From assembly GCA_963813715.1 (NCBI GenBank), contig CAWFAK010000017.1:960001-1024000 (forward strand): DNA of 64,000 bases, written 5' to 3'. The notes under the pieces are model-generated. The model was not told the origin of the DNA. It searched no databases and was given only the letters and a program-made list of their open reading frames with translations. Source of the stretch: an uncultured Planctomycetaceae bacterium. Lineage in GTDB: Bacteria; Planctomycetota; Planctomycetia; Planctomycetales; Planctomycetaceae. Both the position numbers and the translations under genes were made by a program. The stretch's first letter is position 1. Each line of letters opens with the position of its first letter. Of this stretch, positions 1 to 12,080 are shown in pieces.

Positions 1-1036
1 GGAAACCCAGCCGGCTGCCGCGCCGGTCGCGAAATTCGTCACGTCGCCCGGGCCGGCCCCCGAAGGGATGGTCTGGATTCCCGGCGGCCAGGCCGCGATG
101 GGTGACGATCAGGGTCCACCGGACGAGCGGCCGGCCCATTTGGTCACGATTGACGGCTTTTGGATGGACCGCACCGAGGTCACTAACGCCACGTTCAAGA
201 AATTTGCCGATGCCACCGGTTATCTCACCGTCGCCGAACGCACGCCCAAGCGAGAGGACTTTAAAGGCTTGGTGGCCGACGTGAACGAGATTCCAGCCGA
301 GAATCTCGTGGCCGGCTCGATTTGCTTTAATCCGAATTTCGACCGCAAAACGCTCACCAAGGATCAACCGCTCTGGCCACTGCAGGTCTGGAAGTACGTC
401 AAGGGGGCGAACTGGCGGCACCCGGACGGCCCGGAATCCTCCATCGCCGACCGGATGGACCACCCGGTGGTGCATGTCGCCTGGGTTGACGCGATCGATT
501 ATTGCAACTGGGCCCACAAGCGGCTGCCCACCGAGGCCGAATGGGAATACGCGGCCCGCGGCGGGTTGAAGAACGCGATCTACCCGTGCGGAAACGAGCT
601 GCAGCTGGACGGAAAATGGACGATGAACATCTGGCAGGGCGTGTTTCCCGATACGCACAACGTACAGGACGGCTTCCGCACGACGGCGCCGGTGGCCTCG
701 TTTACGCCCAACGGCTACGGACTTTTCGACATGGCGGGCAACGTCTGGGAGTGGTGCCACGACTTCTATCGACCCGACTATTATCGTTATGCTCCCCTGT
801 CGAATCCGCCCGGGCCATCCGACAGCTTCGATCCGCTCGAGCCCAATTCGCCCAAGCGGGTGCAGCGCGGCGGCTCCTTCATGTGCAGCGATAATTACTG
901 TCGCGGCTATCGTGTGAGCGCACGGATGAAGCAAGATCCCGAGAGTGGCACGTTCCACGCCGGCTTCCGTTGCGTTCGCAGTCCGGAAGCGACCGTCGAG
1001 AACACTCCTCAGTCTTCCCAACCCACGAAACACTGA
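1..1036 (+). CDS. Formylglycine-generating enzyme (FGE/SUMF1) family protein, 5' end outside window
   Basis: Frame is open from base 2 (ETQPAAAP...[10 protein letters not shown]). Motifs [41 protein letters not shown] and [12 protein letters not shown]. Confidence 0.9.
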   Translation, partial: ETQPAAAPVAKFVTSPGPAPEGMVWIPGGQAAMGDDQGPPDERPAHLVTIDGFWMDRTEVTNATFKKFADATGYLTVAERTPKREDFKGLVADVNEIPAENLVAGSICFNPNFDRKTLTKDQPLWPLQVWKYVKGANWRHPDGPESSIADRMDHPVVHVAWVDAIDYCNWAHKRLPTEAEWEYAARGGLKNAIYPCGNELQLDGKWTMNIWQGVFPDTHNVQDGFRTTAPVASFTPNGYGLFDMAGNVWEWCHDFYRPDYYRYAPLSNPPGPSDSFDPLEPNSPKRVQRGGSFMCSDNYCRGYRVSARMKQDPESGTFHAGFRCVRSPEATVENTPQSSQPTKH

Positions 1037-1048
1037 TCCGCAGGAACT

Positions 1049-2026
<978 letters not shown>

Positions 2027-2156
2027 AAGCGGCCTGTTTTCGCCGGAATCGCCGATTTCGCGCTGAACGGATGACGCCAGTTGCCCGCCGCTCGGGTACA
2101 ATCTGCCGAGGGCGAGCCTTGGCATGGATCAACGGTCTTACGGGGGGAATCTTGGC

Positions 2157-4058
2157 ATGAAAGCGCTCGGTCGGTCAGTTCTCGCGGCGACACTCGTCTC
2201 GGCTATGAGCGCGGTTCCCGCGCTGGTTTCGGGCGCAAATCCCGCCCCACCCGCGAAAGCACCTGTGGCGACCAAGACCGTTGCGGCGATGCCCGTCGCC
2301 GACTTCCTGCTCAAGGATATTGCCGGCAAGTCGGTCGCTCTGCACGACTTCAAGGACAAGGCGGCCGTGGTCGTCTTCTTCATGGGAGTCGACTGCCCGA
2401 TCTCGAATCTATACCTGAAGGATTTGGCCGACCTTGGCAGCCGTTACGCCAAGCAAGGCGTGCAGATCGTCGGCATTCAGTCAAACGCCGGCACGACGCA
2501 GGCCCGTGCTGCCCAGCACGCCCGCGAATACAAGGTCGCGTTCCCGGTGCTGCTCGATCCGAGCCAGCGGATCGCGAATCAGCTCGGCGCAAAACGCACC
2601 GCCGAGATCTTCCTGCTCGACAGCCATCGGGCCGTCCGTTTCCACGGCGCATTGGACGATCGCTACGGCTACACCTTCAAACGCGACGTGCCGCAGCGGC
2701 ATGACCTGGAAGAAGCTCTCAAAGAACTGCTCGCGGGCAAGCCGGTGACACTTGCCGAAACGACCCCGCGGGGCTGCCTGATCACGCACGACGAACGACC
2801 GGCGTCGCTCGCCAACGTCACATACAGCAAGCAGATCTCACGCATCCTGCAGCGGCGCTGCGAGGAATGCCATCGGGCCGGCGAGGTCGCGCCCTTTACG
2901 CTGCAGACCTACGACGACGCCGTCGAGCACTCGGCGATGATGAAGGAAGTTGTCCTGCAGCGGCGGATGCCCCCCTGGCATGCCGATCCGCGCTACGGCC
3001 ATTTCTCCAACGACCGCCGCATGGAACAGGACGAGATCGATCAACTGCTTGCGTGGATCGACGCCGGCACGCCGCAGGGCGACCCGAAGGACGTGCCCGC
3101 TCCGCGGACGTGGACCAAGGGCTGGCAGATCGACAAGCCAGATTTTGTCTTCGAGCTGCCGCTCGAAGTGAAGGTGCCGGCCACCGGCACGGTCGATTAC
3201 CAGTACTACTCGGTGAAGACCAATCTGAAGGAAGACATTTGGATCCAGGCGGCCGAGGCTCGTCCAGGCAACCCTGCCGTCGTGCACCACATCATCGTCT
3301 TTTGTCGCAATCCGAAGGACGATGACGACTCGGGTGACGGAATCGGCGGCCAGCACGTTTGCGGCGTCGCTCCCGGCGATCCGCCGCTCGTCCTTCCGCC
3401 GGGCGTCGCTCGCCGCATTCCGGCCGGCTCCGAGCTGATTTTCCAGATGCACTACACGCCCAACGGCAAGGCAGCCACGGATCGCTCGAAGGTCGGTTTC
3501 GTGCTTTACAAGGGCAAAGACAAGCCTCAGCACTTTTCCCAGACGCAGCCGGTGATGAACATGCACATTCGCATTCCGGCCGGCAATCCGAACTGGCAGG
3601 TGGAATCGGAGTACAAATTCCCGCGTGACGCGAAGATTTACCAGCTCATGCCGCACATGCACCTGCGAGGCAAGGACTTCTTGTACGAGTTGACGCGGCC
3701 GAACGGGCAGAAGCAGGTGCTGTTGTTAGTGCCGCAGTTCGACTTCAATTGGCAGAACACTTATCGCCTGGCGCAGCCGGTTGACGTGCCGAAAGGCTCG
3801 ACGCTGCACTGCGTGGCGCACTTCGACAACTCGAAGGACAATCCGGCCAACCCGAATCCCAAGAAGATCGTCCGCTGGGGCGATCAGACGTGGGAAGAAA
3901 TGATGATCGGCTGGATGACCCTGGCCTGGAACGACGACAAGCCAGCCGCGAAGACCGCTCCCGCTAAGCCCGACAAACCCGCGGCGAGGAACACTAAGGC
4001 GTCGGACAAGAAAACGACGTCAATCGCCGCACCGCCGCAAAAAGTTGCGGGTCGGTAA
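2157..4058 (+). CDS. Secreted redoxin (AhpC/TSA-like) + c-type cytochrome + copper type II monooxygenase-like fusion protein
   Basis: Signal-peptide-like N-terminus; thioredoxin-like domain (GVDCPIS...TPRGCLI); CEECH; VVHHII, QMHY, MPHMHLRGK and EEMMIG. Confidence 0.8.
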   Translation: MKALGRSVLAATLVSAMSAVPALVSGANPAPPAKAPVATKTVAAMPVADFLLKDIAGKSVALHDFKDKAAVVVFFMGVDCPISNLYLKDLADLGSRYAKQGVQIVGIQSNAGTTQARAAQHAREYKVAFPVLLDPSQRIANQLGAKRTAEIFLLDSHRAVRFHGALDDRYGYTFKRDVPQRHDLEEALKELLAGKPVTLAETTPRGCLITHDERPASLANVTYSKQISRILQRRCEECHRAGEVAPFTLQTYDDAVEHSAMMKEVVLQRRMPPWHADPRYGHFSNDRRMEQDEIDQLLAWIDAGTPQGDPKDVPAPRTWTKGWQIDKPDFVFELPLEVKVPATGTVDYQYYSVKTNLKEDIWIQAAEARPGNPAVVHHIIVFCRNPKDDDDSGDGIGGQHVCGVAPGDPPLVLPPGVARRIPAGSELIFQMHYTPNGKAATDRSKVGFVLYKGKDKPQHFSQTQPVMNMHIRIPAGNPNWQVESEYKFPRDAKIYQLMPHMHLRGKDFLYELTRPNGQKQVLLLVPQFDFNWQNTYRLAQPVDVPKGSTLHCVAHFDNSKDNPANPNPKKIVRWGDQTWEEMMIGWMTLAWNDDKPAAKTAPAKPDKPAARNTKASDKKTTSIAAPPQKVAGR

Positions 4059-4151
4059 GCAGGCAACGCGATCATCAATCAAAGCTCGGGCGAACCAACG
4101 GTTGTCGCCACGGGTGACGTTCGCGATTAGGCTCGAAGCCTTCACGACCGG

Positions 4152-4697
4152 TCACTCCTGCGGCGAAAGAGGCGGAATCTCGCCTTCGCCAACGAAGTGC
4201 AGCCGGCGGATGCGAATGATCTTCCAATCCGCGCCTTCGCGTTGCCACGTCAACTCCCAGCGTGTCGCCCCGTGCTGCTCGCGTCCGAGATAGTTCACCG
4301 TTGCGCTCGCGCGAAACGTGGTGGTTGCCCGTGATTCCGCCGAGCTCATTTGCACCGACATGTCGGTGATACGAATGCTGCCGACGATTCGCGCCGCCGA
4401 CGCCGCGGTTTGTACGAGGGCCCGGTCTTCGGCGTCCTGCATCGAGAAGAAATCCACGCAGCGAGGCGCATCACCGGCCTCGAAGGCACGGGCCAGCGCA
4501 AAAACCTGATCAGCGACGCGCTCCTTCTCGGTGACGATCAATCGCTCGACCAGAATCACCGCGCCACCGAGCGCAAGGAAGGCGCCGGCCAGATAAAGCT
4601 GGCGCGGCTGGCGATGCACGTGCCAATGCGCAAAGCAGGCGGCCGCAATCACCGAACAGATGAAGAAAGGCGGCCACGGCGTTTCAGTGAACCACAT
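4152..4697 (-). CDS. Hypothetical membrane protein with NTF2/SnoaL-like C-terminal domain
   Basis: Two N-terminal hydrophobic helices (MWFTETPWPP...), then an alpha/beta domain ending WQREGADWKIIRI. Confidence 0.6.
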   Translation of the reverse strand: MWFTETPWPPFFICSVIAAACFAHWHVHRQPRQLYLAGAFLALGGAVILVERLIVTEKERVADQVFALARAFEAGDAPRCVDFFSMQDAEDRALVQTAASAARIVGSIRITDMSVQMSSAESRATTTFRASATVNYLGREQHGATRWELTWQREGADWKIIRIRRLHFVGEGEIPPLSPQE

Positions 4698-4838
4698 GAG
4701 CGCGGCTCCGCCGGGAAGTGTAGGACGGGACGCGAACGCCGACAAGCGGCTCGCGCTCCGGGCGTTCTACTTCCATTGACGGAGCGGCGTCGCAAATTCG
4801 TCCGCGAAATTTGAAAAATCGTGGCGCCGCCGTCGCGA

Positions 4839-6382
4839 TCAATTTGCCAGGCGGCCGCCCGCGCGGTTCGGAAGGACGCGAAAGTGGCGACGAATGATCT
4901 CCTCGCCGCCGATCTTGAGCACGAGCGAATAATCGCCGGTCGGCATCGAGTCCCCGATCGTATAGTCGAAAATGGCGCGCATCGATTCGCTGGCGACCGA
5001 GCAGCCGGTCGTGTCGATCACTCGGTGTTCGGCATCCTCGAGTTCACATCCCAGCCACAGGTCTTCGTGGGGGGGCACCAAGTCGCATTCGGCCTTCATC
5101 AGGTCGCCCTGGCGGAACTCGGTACGGCGGTCGAGGACCGCGCCCGCGGCAACTCGGGAGCCAATGTCAAATAGCAGGACCTTGTCCTGGTTGCGAATCC
5201 GCTCGCTCGGCCGCAGCAATTGGGCCACGTAGTTCGGATCGAGCGGCTTGAGTGCGTACGGGCCTTCCGGGCGACGCATCCCGTAACGATCGAGCTTGTA
5301 TTCCAAGGCGATGCCGCCGCCGGCCGTCGCCAGCACCAGTACGCCAAAGACCACTTGCGCCCAGGCCGGGTTGACTGACGGGAGCAACGGCCACTCGCGC
5401 GAACGGAACAACTCGCCCACCGCGGCGCGAATCCCCCACCGCGTTCGCGCCAGCGCGCAAAGAGTTGCTTGAACCAGGCCACGTCCGCCTCGTTCAAAAA
5501 CGCCAGATAGGACGAGATGCAAACGACCGGGAAGAGCCAGAGCCCCAAAGTCAGCAACGTCATGATGTGAAACGTCGAGCCGATCGCCAGCATGACGATT
5601 CTCGGGATGCCGCGCCACGCCAGGAAGATAAATGTGCACTCCCAAATGAGGGCGACCAGTCCGAAGCCTGCCAGGATCGCGGGATAAGGCTCGAAGTAGC
5701 GGCCGAGCAAGTTCGGCATGTTGTAATTGGTGATCATCCAGGTCTGCAGTTGCTCGCCCGAAAAATAAGCGGGGATTTTCACCTTCGTGAGCACCGCACC
5801 GAAATAGACGAGGCCCACACACAGCTGCAGCAGCCGCCGCGGCCAGGCGGGGGAACTTCGTGGCTGGTTCGCGATCTCGGGGGGCACCCCGGCGCGGCGC
5901 AGTCGCGAGCGTCGGAACCAGTTGTCGAGTGACCAGACCGCTCCACAATCGGAAAAACACATGAGCAGCATGAGGTGCGAGGCGATGACCGAGTATTTGT
6001 TCATCGTCCCGATGGTGTCGAGCGAATTCAGATAGATGTAGCCCGCCGCCGCCAGGATCATCGAAAAGCGGGTGCACCAACCGAGGCACGACGCGAGACA
6101 CGCCAACAGCAAGACGCTGTGAATCGCGATGGCCGCTTCGGCGCTGGGTTCAGCAAAGAGCGGCTTGAGTCCATAAATCTCCCAGACGGGAACCGGCGAC
6201 CCGTCACTCGAATAAAGCTCGCGAGCGTAGGCCCAGCGGGGCACCATCGCCAGCAAAAGCGCGATCGACACCGAAATCCGCATCAGCGCCAGGCCGTACG
6301 GAACTTCCTCCGAGTAGAAGAACGCGTTCAGCCGGGAGAGAATTCCGCGGGGGGGCTGGCTGGCAATCCCTGTGCTCATCAA
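4839..6382 (-). CDS. HTTM-domain membrane protein (VKGC/SdpB-like), frameshift ~5400
   Basis: GLALMRI, LGWCTRFS, AVWSLD, WPRRLLQL..YFGA..K and FHIMTLLTLGL pattern in ORF 5099-6382; C-terminal TM plus beta-rich domain in ORF 4839-6101. Confidence 0.8.
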
Positions 6383-6439
6383 TCAACTCCGAGGCGGAAG
6401 GGGCGTCCTGCTTGCGTCCGACCGGGCTTGGCAAGAGGG

Positions 6440-7096
6440 CTATTCAGCGAGAGGCCCGTTGAGCAAATTCGCCGACGACGGAGTCGACGAATAGGCGCCG
6501 CGGGAATCGTTCATCAGCCCTGCCGGAATGAAGGGCTGGCTGCGCCGGGCGTCCGACATCAGCCGAGGGTTGTCTCGCAATCCCATGTGGTACTGGTACA
6601 GAAACCACGTGGGCTGAGTGCTGAGAATCTCGCCGTGGGGAGTGACCACGAACCGCGTGTGGCAGTACGTGTAGTTGTCCTTAGGCTTGCCGTAATAGGC
6701 CTCATATTGCCCATCGGGAAGGTTGAACCGTTTAGGGTATTCCTGCTCGACGACGAACATCCGCACCATCGGCTCGTGCTGGGTGTGGCTGAGGCACATG
6801 TGGCCGAGCCGCTCGCCCTGCCGGCATTCCGGATCGTAATGCTGACGGCCGAGGTAGCCGTACGGATGAAATTCTCCCCACGGGGCGGGCGCGAGCTCGT
6901 AGAACTTGCCGCTCTCCCCTTCTCCGATGACTTGCATTCGTCCTTCGTAGCCGGCCCAGCCGCAAAACATGTCCCAGACGAGGAAATACATGATCGGGTG
7001 GCAGTTCGGCAGCACGTCGAATGCGTGAGAAACGCAGCCGAACGACAGGGCGCCAAGGTAGGTGCTGATCCAAAGGTACGAGAGCCAGCGTTTCAC
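6440..7096 (-). CDS. Conserved hypothetical protein, probable HTTM partner (DUF5819/SdpA-like position)
   Basis: GTG at 7096 after GGAGG; N-terminal TM, then WDMFCGW; immediately upstream of the HTTM gene. Confidence 0.6.
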   Translation of the reverse strand: MKRWLSYLWISTYLGALSFGCVSHAFDVLPNCHPIMYFLVWDMFCGWAGYEGRMQVIGEGESGKFYELAPAPWGEFHPYGYLGRQHYDPECRQGERLGHMCLSHTQHEPMVRMFVVEQEYPKRFNLPDGQYEAYYGKPKDNYTYCHTRFVVTPHGEILSTQPTWFLYQYHMGLRDNPRLMSDARRSQPFIPAGLMNDSRGAYSSTPSSANLLNGPLAE

Positions 7097-7295
7097 GGCG
7101 CGATCCTCCGTGCCCCCACTCGGATCGAAATGGCCAGGTCGAATACGCAAGAAAAGTGCGAGGGAAAGGCCCGCATTTTCGTTTTGGGGCCATTCCGGTC
7201 AAGAGCAAATCAGCGCGCTAACTTTCGGGCGACTCCCCGAAGATCGAGGCCCGAGTGGGCCATTCCCGACGGCGAAAACGGCGGCGTGCGGGGAA

Positions 7296-8834
7296 TCAGC
7301 CGTCGGAGCGACCAGTCTCGGCTCGCAGGATGGCGTCGATCACTCCATCCCAGGTGTAGGAGGTCGCCTCGGCTGCGATCTCCAGTCCGAGTTCGCTGGC
7401 GCGAGCGCTCGTTACGGGGCTGATGCTCGCGAGTCGCGTGGTGCGCCCCAGGTGCGACCGGGCGGCAGGCGGACAGAGCTGAGAAAGCGACTGCACGATC
7501 GAGGGGCTTCCCAAGCCGATCCAATCCAACTCTCCGCGCTCCAATCGCTCGACTGCGCCCGGCGGTAAGCCAGTAACGTCGACATTGCGATAGACAACCA
7601 CCTCTTCGACGCGGGCGCCGCCTTCCGCCAACCGTTTCGGCAAGACGTCCCGCCCGCGATCGGCCCGAGCCCAAAGCACGTTCCCCGACCCGACCTGTGG
7701 CACCAGCTCTTCCGCTAACGATTCCGCCCGGAATTCCCGCGGGACGAGGTCGGGCCGCAGACCAAACCGAGCCAGCGATTCGCCGGTCGCCGGACCGATG
7801 GCGGCGACTTTGGTTCGCGACAAACGTCGGGCATCGCCGCCAGTTTGCCAAAGCCGCGACAGCAACGCGTCAACGCCATTGACGCTCGTGAAGACCAACC
7901 AATCGAAATCGGCAATCCGGGCGAGCACTGCGTCGACGGCCCGCCAATCGGTTGGCGGCAGGATCTCGATGGTCGGCAGCAAGACCGGCTCCGCCCCCAA
8001 CCGGAGCACTCGCTCGATGATAGGGCCGGCTTGCGAAACGGGCCGGGTAATCCCGATCCGTCTCCCAAACAGAGGCAGCCTTTCGTACCAGGCGATCGTT
8101 TCCCGTCGCGTGACGCATTCGCCGATCACGATCACCGAAGGGGGACGTACGCCGGACCGCTGCACAGCCACGGGCAGCTCGCCGAGCGGTGCCACAACCG
8201 TTCGCTGTCCGGGGTTGGTCGCCGAACTGATCAGGCAGGCCGGAGTTTGGGCAGGCAGGCCGGCCCGAATGAGCGCGTCTGCCAGACCTTCGAGATGCTG
8301 CAGTCCCATGTAAAAGACGAGCGTCCCCGGGAACCGAGCGATGGCCTCGTAGTTCAAGGAGGGCTGCCCTTTAATCGGATCTTCGTGCCCAGTAATGAAT
8401 GCGACGGCGGACGCGTATTGGCGGTGCGTGAACGAGAGGCCTGCATACTCCCCGGCGGCGACCGCCGCTGTGACGCCGGGCACCACCTCGAACTCGACCT
8501 CTGCAGCGGCCAGCGCGGCTGCTTCCTCGCTCCCGCGACCGAAGATGTACGGATCGCCTCCCTTGAGCCGCACAACGGTTTTGCCTGCGCGAGCTTCGTC
8601 GATCAGCCGTTCGTTGATCGCCGCCTGGTTCGAACCGCCGGCGAGGGCTTCACGATGCGTGCGTTCGGCATGCCCGGATGCAAATCGCAGCAGCAACGGG
8701 TTCACCAGTCCGTCGTACAAGACCAAGTCCGCCGAACGGAGGCACTCGAGCCCCTTCAGCGTCAAGAGGCCCGGGTCGCCCGGACCCGCTCCGACGAGAT
8801 AGACCTTTCCGGCGCGGGGCTTGAATTCTGTCAC
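7296..8834 (-). CDS. cobA/hemD: Uroporphyrinogen-III C-methyltransferase / uroporphyrinogen-III synthase fusion
   Basis: VYLVGAGPGDPGLLT, VRLKGGDPYIFGRG and VVPGVTA; HemD part with ITRP, FTSVNGV and AIGPAT. Confidence 0.95.
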   Translation of the reverse strand: MTEFKPRAGKVYLVGAGPGDPGLLTLKGLECLRSADLVLYDGLVNPLLLRFASGHAERTHREALAGGSNQAAINERLIDEARAGKTVVRLKGGDPYIFGRGSEEAAALAAAEVEFEVVPGVTAAVAAGEYAGLSFTHRQYASAVAFITGHEDPIKGQPSLNYEAIARFPGTLVFYMGLQHLEGLADALIRAGLPAQTPACLISSATNPGQRTVVAPLGELPVAVQRSGVRPPSVIVIGECVTRRETIAWYERLPLFGRRIGITRPVSQAGPIIERVLRLGAEPVLLPTIEILPPTDWRAVDAVLARIADFDWLVFTSVNGVDALLSRLWQTGGDARRLSRTKVAAIGPATGESLARFGLRPDLVPREFRAESLAEELVPQVGSGNVLWARADRGRDVLPKRLAEGGARVEEVVVYRNVDVTGLPPGAVERLERGELDWIGLGSPSIVQSLSQLCPPAARSHLGRTTRLASISPVTSARASELGLEIAAEATSYTWDGVIDAILRAETGRSDG

Positions 8835-9466
8835 CGGCGATCGGCCTTCGAGGCGTTGACGCTGATCCATGAGATAAGATGGGCAGCAACGGCGGCCTTA
8901 GGGCCTTCAAAACTGGTTGCGACTTGCCCCGAGCCATCGAGAACCTCGACGCTGTTGGATTCCGCGCCGATCGCGGCCGGACCATTAAGCACAATCCAGT
9001 CGCAGTTTTTGGCCCGTAACTTCTGCAGGGCGTTTTCCCGCGCGTTGGTCGCCTCGAGCGCGAATCCTAAGACCCAGCGCCCCCCTTTGAGCCGGCCCAG
9101 CTCCGCCAGGACGTCGTCTGTCTCGATCATCTCGAGGGTGATCGGCCCGCCGGTCTTAGAGATTTTCCCCGGCACGCGGTTGAGCGGCTTGTAGTCGCAG
9201 ACGGCGGCGGCAGCGATCACTCCGTCGCAATCGGCAAAACGCGAGACGCAGGCGTCTCGCATCTGCGCCGTCGTGCTGACAAACAGGCACTCGCAGCCCT
9301 GCGGCGGGTGAAGGTGGACCGGGCCGCTGACGAGCACCACGTCGTGCCCCGAGCTCCGCGCCGCCTCAGCCAACGCGTATCCCATCCGTCCGCTGCTATC
9401 GTTCGACAGATAGCGCACGTCGTCGAGATATTCGCGGGTGGGCCCGGCGGTGATGAGAATCCGCAT
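8831..9466 (-). CDS. coaB: Phosphopantothenoylcysteine synthetase (stand-alone CoaB)
   Basis: ILITAGPTREYLDDVRYLSNDSSGRMG, AAAVCDY and GFALE. Confidence 0.93.
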   Translation of the reverse strand: MRILITAGPTREYLDDVRYLSNDSSGRMGYALAEAARSSGHDVVLVSGPVHLHPPQGCECLFVSTTAQMRDACVSRFADCDGVIAAAAVCDYKPLNRVPGKISKTGGPITLEMIETDDVLAELGRLKGGRWVLGFALEATNARENALQKLRAKNCDWIVLNGPAAIGAESNSVEVLDGSGQVATSFEGPKAAVAAHLISWISVNASKADRR

Positions 9467-9514
9467 CGTGCCAGTTTACCACGTTCACCGCCGGCACATG
9501 TCGATGCACCGGGC

Positions 9515-10072
9515 TCACTGCAGGAGCTGGTTGATCGACGCGAGAATCTCGGTCGGTTCGGCCATCCGTCCGGGGCCAACTTCCCGACAGCTCTGCCAAC
9601 CGCTTCCCGGTTCGACGAAGTGAAATCCGTCTTCACGGAGACGAGCCAGGTTGCGTTGCACCGCCGCCTTGGCCCACATCTCGGCGTTCATTGAAGGAGC
9701 CAACAGGATGGGCCGCGTAACAGTGAGGATTAACGTCGATAAGAGGTCGTTGGCGTGGCCGTGAGCGACCCGGGCCAGGAAATCGGCCGTCGCCGGGGCA
9801 ACGACCAGGATCTCGCATCGCCGGGCCAGTCCGATGTGTTCACCCAAAAAGTGTTCGCTGGGCGAAAACAGTGAACCGTGGACCGGCCGTGTGGTGAGCG
9901 CCTCGAACGTCGTCTTGCCGATGAATTTGCGGGCGGCGCGAGTCAGAACCACCGACACCGACGCCCCCGCTTGAACGAGCTTGCTCGTCAAGTCAGCCGA
10001 CTTATACGCGGCGATCCCCCCGCTCACGCCGAGCAGGATTTCACGCCCCTTGAGCGAACTGCCGGAGGTCAT
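9515..10072 (-). CDS. coaC: Phosphopantothenoylcysteine decarboxylase (stand-alone CoaC flavoprotein)
   Basis: [30 protein letters not shown] and GPGRMAEP. Confidence 0.93.
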   Translation of the reverse strand: MTSGSSLKGREILLGVSGGIAAYKSADLTSKLVQAGASVSVVLTRAARKFIGKTTFEALTTRPVHGSLFSPSEHFLGEHIGLARRCEILVVAPATADFLARVAHGHANDLLSTLILTVTRPILLAPSMNAEMWAKAAVQRNLARLREDGFHFVEPGSGWQSCREVGPGRMAEPTEILASINQLLQ

Positions 10073-10134
10073 GGTTTATCGGCAGGCCGAGCCTGCCCTC
10101 GGCCTCAATCGCGACAACAACTGCGGAATTGATC

Positions 10135-10398
10135 TTAGAGATCGTCGAGGCTGGGCCCCGTGTCGCCGACGTCAGGGCTTTCGTCCGAAGACACCGCCAG
10201 GTTGCCCGACGCGTCGAGGAAGATTTTGTCCTGCATGATCTCGGCGACGACGATTTCCATCTGGTTTTTCGTCGGCAACTCGACCAGCGGGCGAGCCCCG
10301 CGATTGAGGGCGACGAGCCGCTTCTGGATCAGCGCCGAGAGCTTGAACCGCCCCCCGACCTTGTTGACGATCATCTCTTCTTTAAATTCAGGCAGCAT
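10135..10398 (-). CDS. rpoZ: RNA polymerase omega subunit
   Basis: 87 aa, [15 protein letters not shown]...AEI; classic gmk-rpoZ-coaBC context. Confidence 0.88.
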   Translation of the reverse strand: MLPEFKEEMIVNKVGGRFKLSALIQKRLVALNRGARPLVELPTKNQMEIVVAEIMQDKIFLDASGNLAVSSDESPDVGDTGPSLDDL

Positions 10399-11003
10399 TC
10401 AGCTCATTCTCCCGTGTCATCAGAATCTGCGCGATTTCGCCGACCGCGCTGTCCAGATTGTCGTTGATCACCTGGTGACGATAAAAGCCGGCCGAGGCGA
10501 GTTCGTCGCGGGCAATCTCCATGCGCCGCCGGATCGTGGCCTCGCTCTCCGTGCCGCGGCGTCGCAGCCGCTGCTCGTATTCCTCCGGGGAGGACTGCGC
10601 TCAGAAAGATCGTCACGGCGTCCGGATATTGCTCGACGATCCGACGGGCCCCCTGGACGTCGATCTCCAAGAGCGCCCAGGCCCCTGCCCGGGCAGCCCG
10701 GTCAAGCTCCGTCCTTAACGTACCATACCAGTATCCCGACCCGAATACCTCCGCGTACTCGAGGAATTCCCCCGTCAGGCGTTTTCGCTCGAAGTCGGCA
10801 GGCGCCAGAAAATAGTAATCCCGCCCTTCGGCCTCGCCGGCGCGAGGCGGGCGGGTGGTCGCTGAAATCGCTTTGACGAGCCGAACCGGAGCCTGCTCAA
10901 CGAGGCGGTTGACGATCGTCGACTTCCCGGACCCGCTGGGACCGGAGAGGACGACGACGCGCGCGTTTTCCTCGACGCTCCCGTCTCCACTCGACCTGTC
11001 CAC
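10388..11003 (-). CDS. gmk: Guanylate kinase (frameshift ~10600; start codon uncertain)
   Basis: [31 protein letters not shown] and LEIDVQGA; the C-terminus ([12 protein letters not shown]...INDNLD) is in another frame ending at TGA 10390-10388. Confidence 0.93.
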
Positions 11004-11040
11004 TCCGCCACTCACCCGGACCCCCACAACGAGCGTTCCC

Positions 11041-11926
11041 TCATTCGACATTCTGCACCACTTCGCGAATCCGTTCGATCGCCGATTTGATTTCGACGAC
11101 GGCGTGGGCCACCTGCACATTGTTGGCCTTCGAGCCGATCGTGTTCGCCTCCCGGACCATTTCCTGTGTCAGAAATTCGAGCTTGCGTCCTTGCGACTGC
11201 GGCTCGCGGACAAAGGCCTGAAATTGATCGATGTGCGACCGCAGCCGCAGAATTTCCTCGCCAATGTCGCAGCGGTCGGCATAGACACTAACTTCGCGGA
11301 TCAGGTCCGCCGGCTGCAGCGTCGCGTCGGTTCCCCTGAGCAGCTCCCGGACCCGCTCGTGCAGCTTGTCCCGAAATTCGCGGACGATGTCCGGGGCCTT
11401 GACGGCAATCTCGTCGAGCTGCGTGCTCACCACTTTCAAATTGGCTTGCAGGTCCTGGGCCATCGAAGCGCCCTCGGCCGCACGGAACTCGCGCAGCTTC
11501 TTCAGCGCCTGCGCGGAGGGACGATTCGATCACCGGCCAGGCTTCACGGGGGTCAGATCGGGACGCGTCACCCTCGGCCACAACGCCCGGCAATCCCAAC
11601 AGCCCAGTCAAGTCGTGCGGCGCTGCCTGGCCGAGGGACGCCGAGAGACCGTTGAGTTCCTCCCAATACAATTTGAGCACAGCCGCGTCGAGCCGATACC
11701 CGAGCGAGGCTCCGATTCCGTCGACTCGCAGTAGCACGTTGACGGTGCCGCGCGTGATCGACTCGCGCACGACCCGCTCAATCTCCCCTTCCAGGGGCTG
11801 AAAGCGTTCGGGCGACTTCACCACCATTTTGAAATGGCGGTTGTTGACCGAACGGACTTCGACGGCAACGCACAGCCTTTCATCCTGGCCGCGAAAATCG
11901 CCAAAGCCCGTCATGCTCAACAGCAA
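11041..11926 (-). CDS. yicC: YicC/YloC family endoribonuclease (frameshift ~11510)
   Basis: LSMTGFG and EVRSVNNRH in ORF 11288-11947; [33 protein letters not shown] and REVVQNVE in ORF 11041-11463. Confidence 0.93.
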
Positions 11927-12080
11927 GGCCGCCCACCTTCCGCTCAAAAACCTTCGAGCACCAGCCAGAGGCTTTTTACCTCGGGGGTTCCCGCCGCGCG
12001 GCTTTCAAACCTAGCCCCGCATGGAGTCGCACGCGCTCGCGACAAAAGACGCCCCGGGGCCCGTCATCTCGTTCGCGCCG

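Noticed and set aside
9467..9517. coaC-coaB as one readthrough or selenocysteine-recoded coaBC (same frame, TGA stop)
   Set aside because: The 48-bp spacer contains further in-frame TGA and TAA codons and coaB has its own ATG, so the split is genuine.
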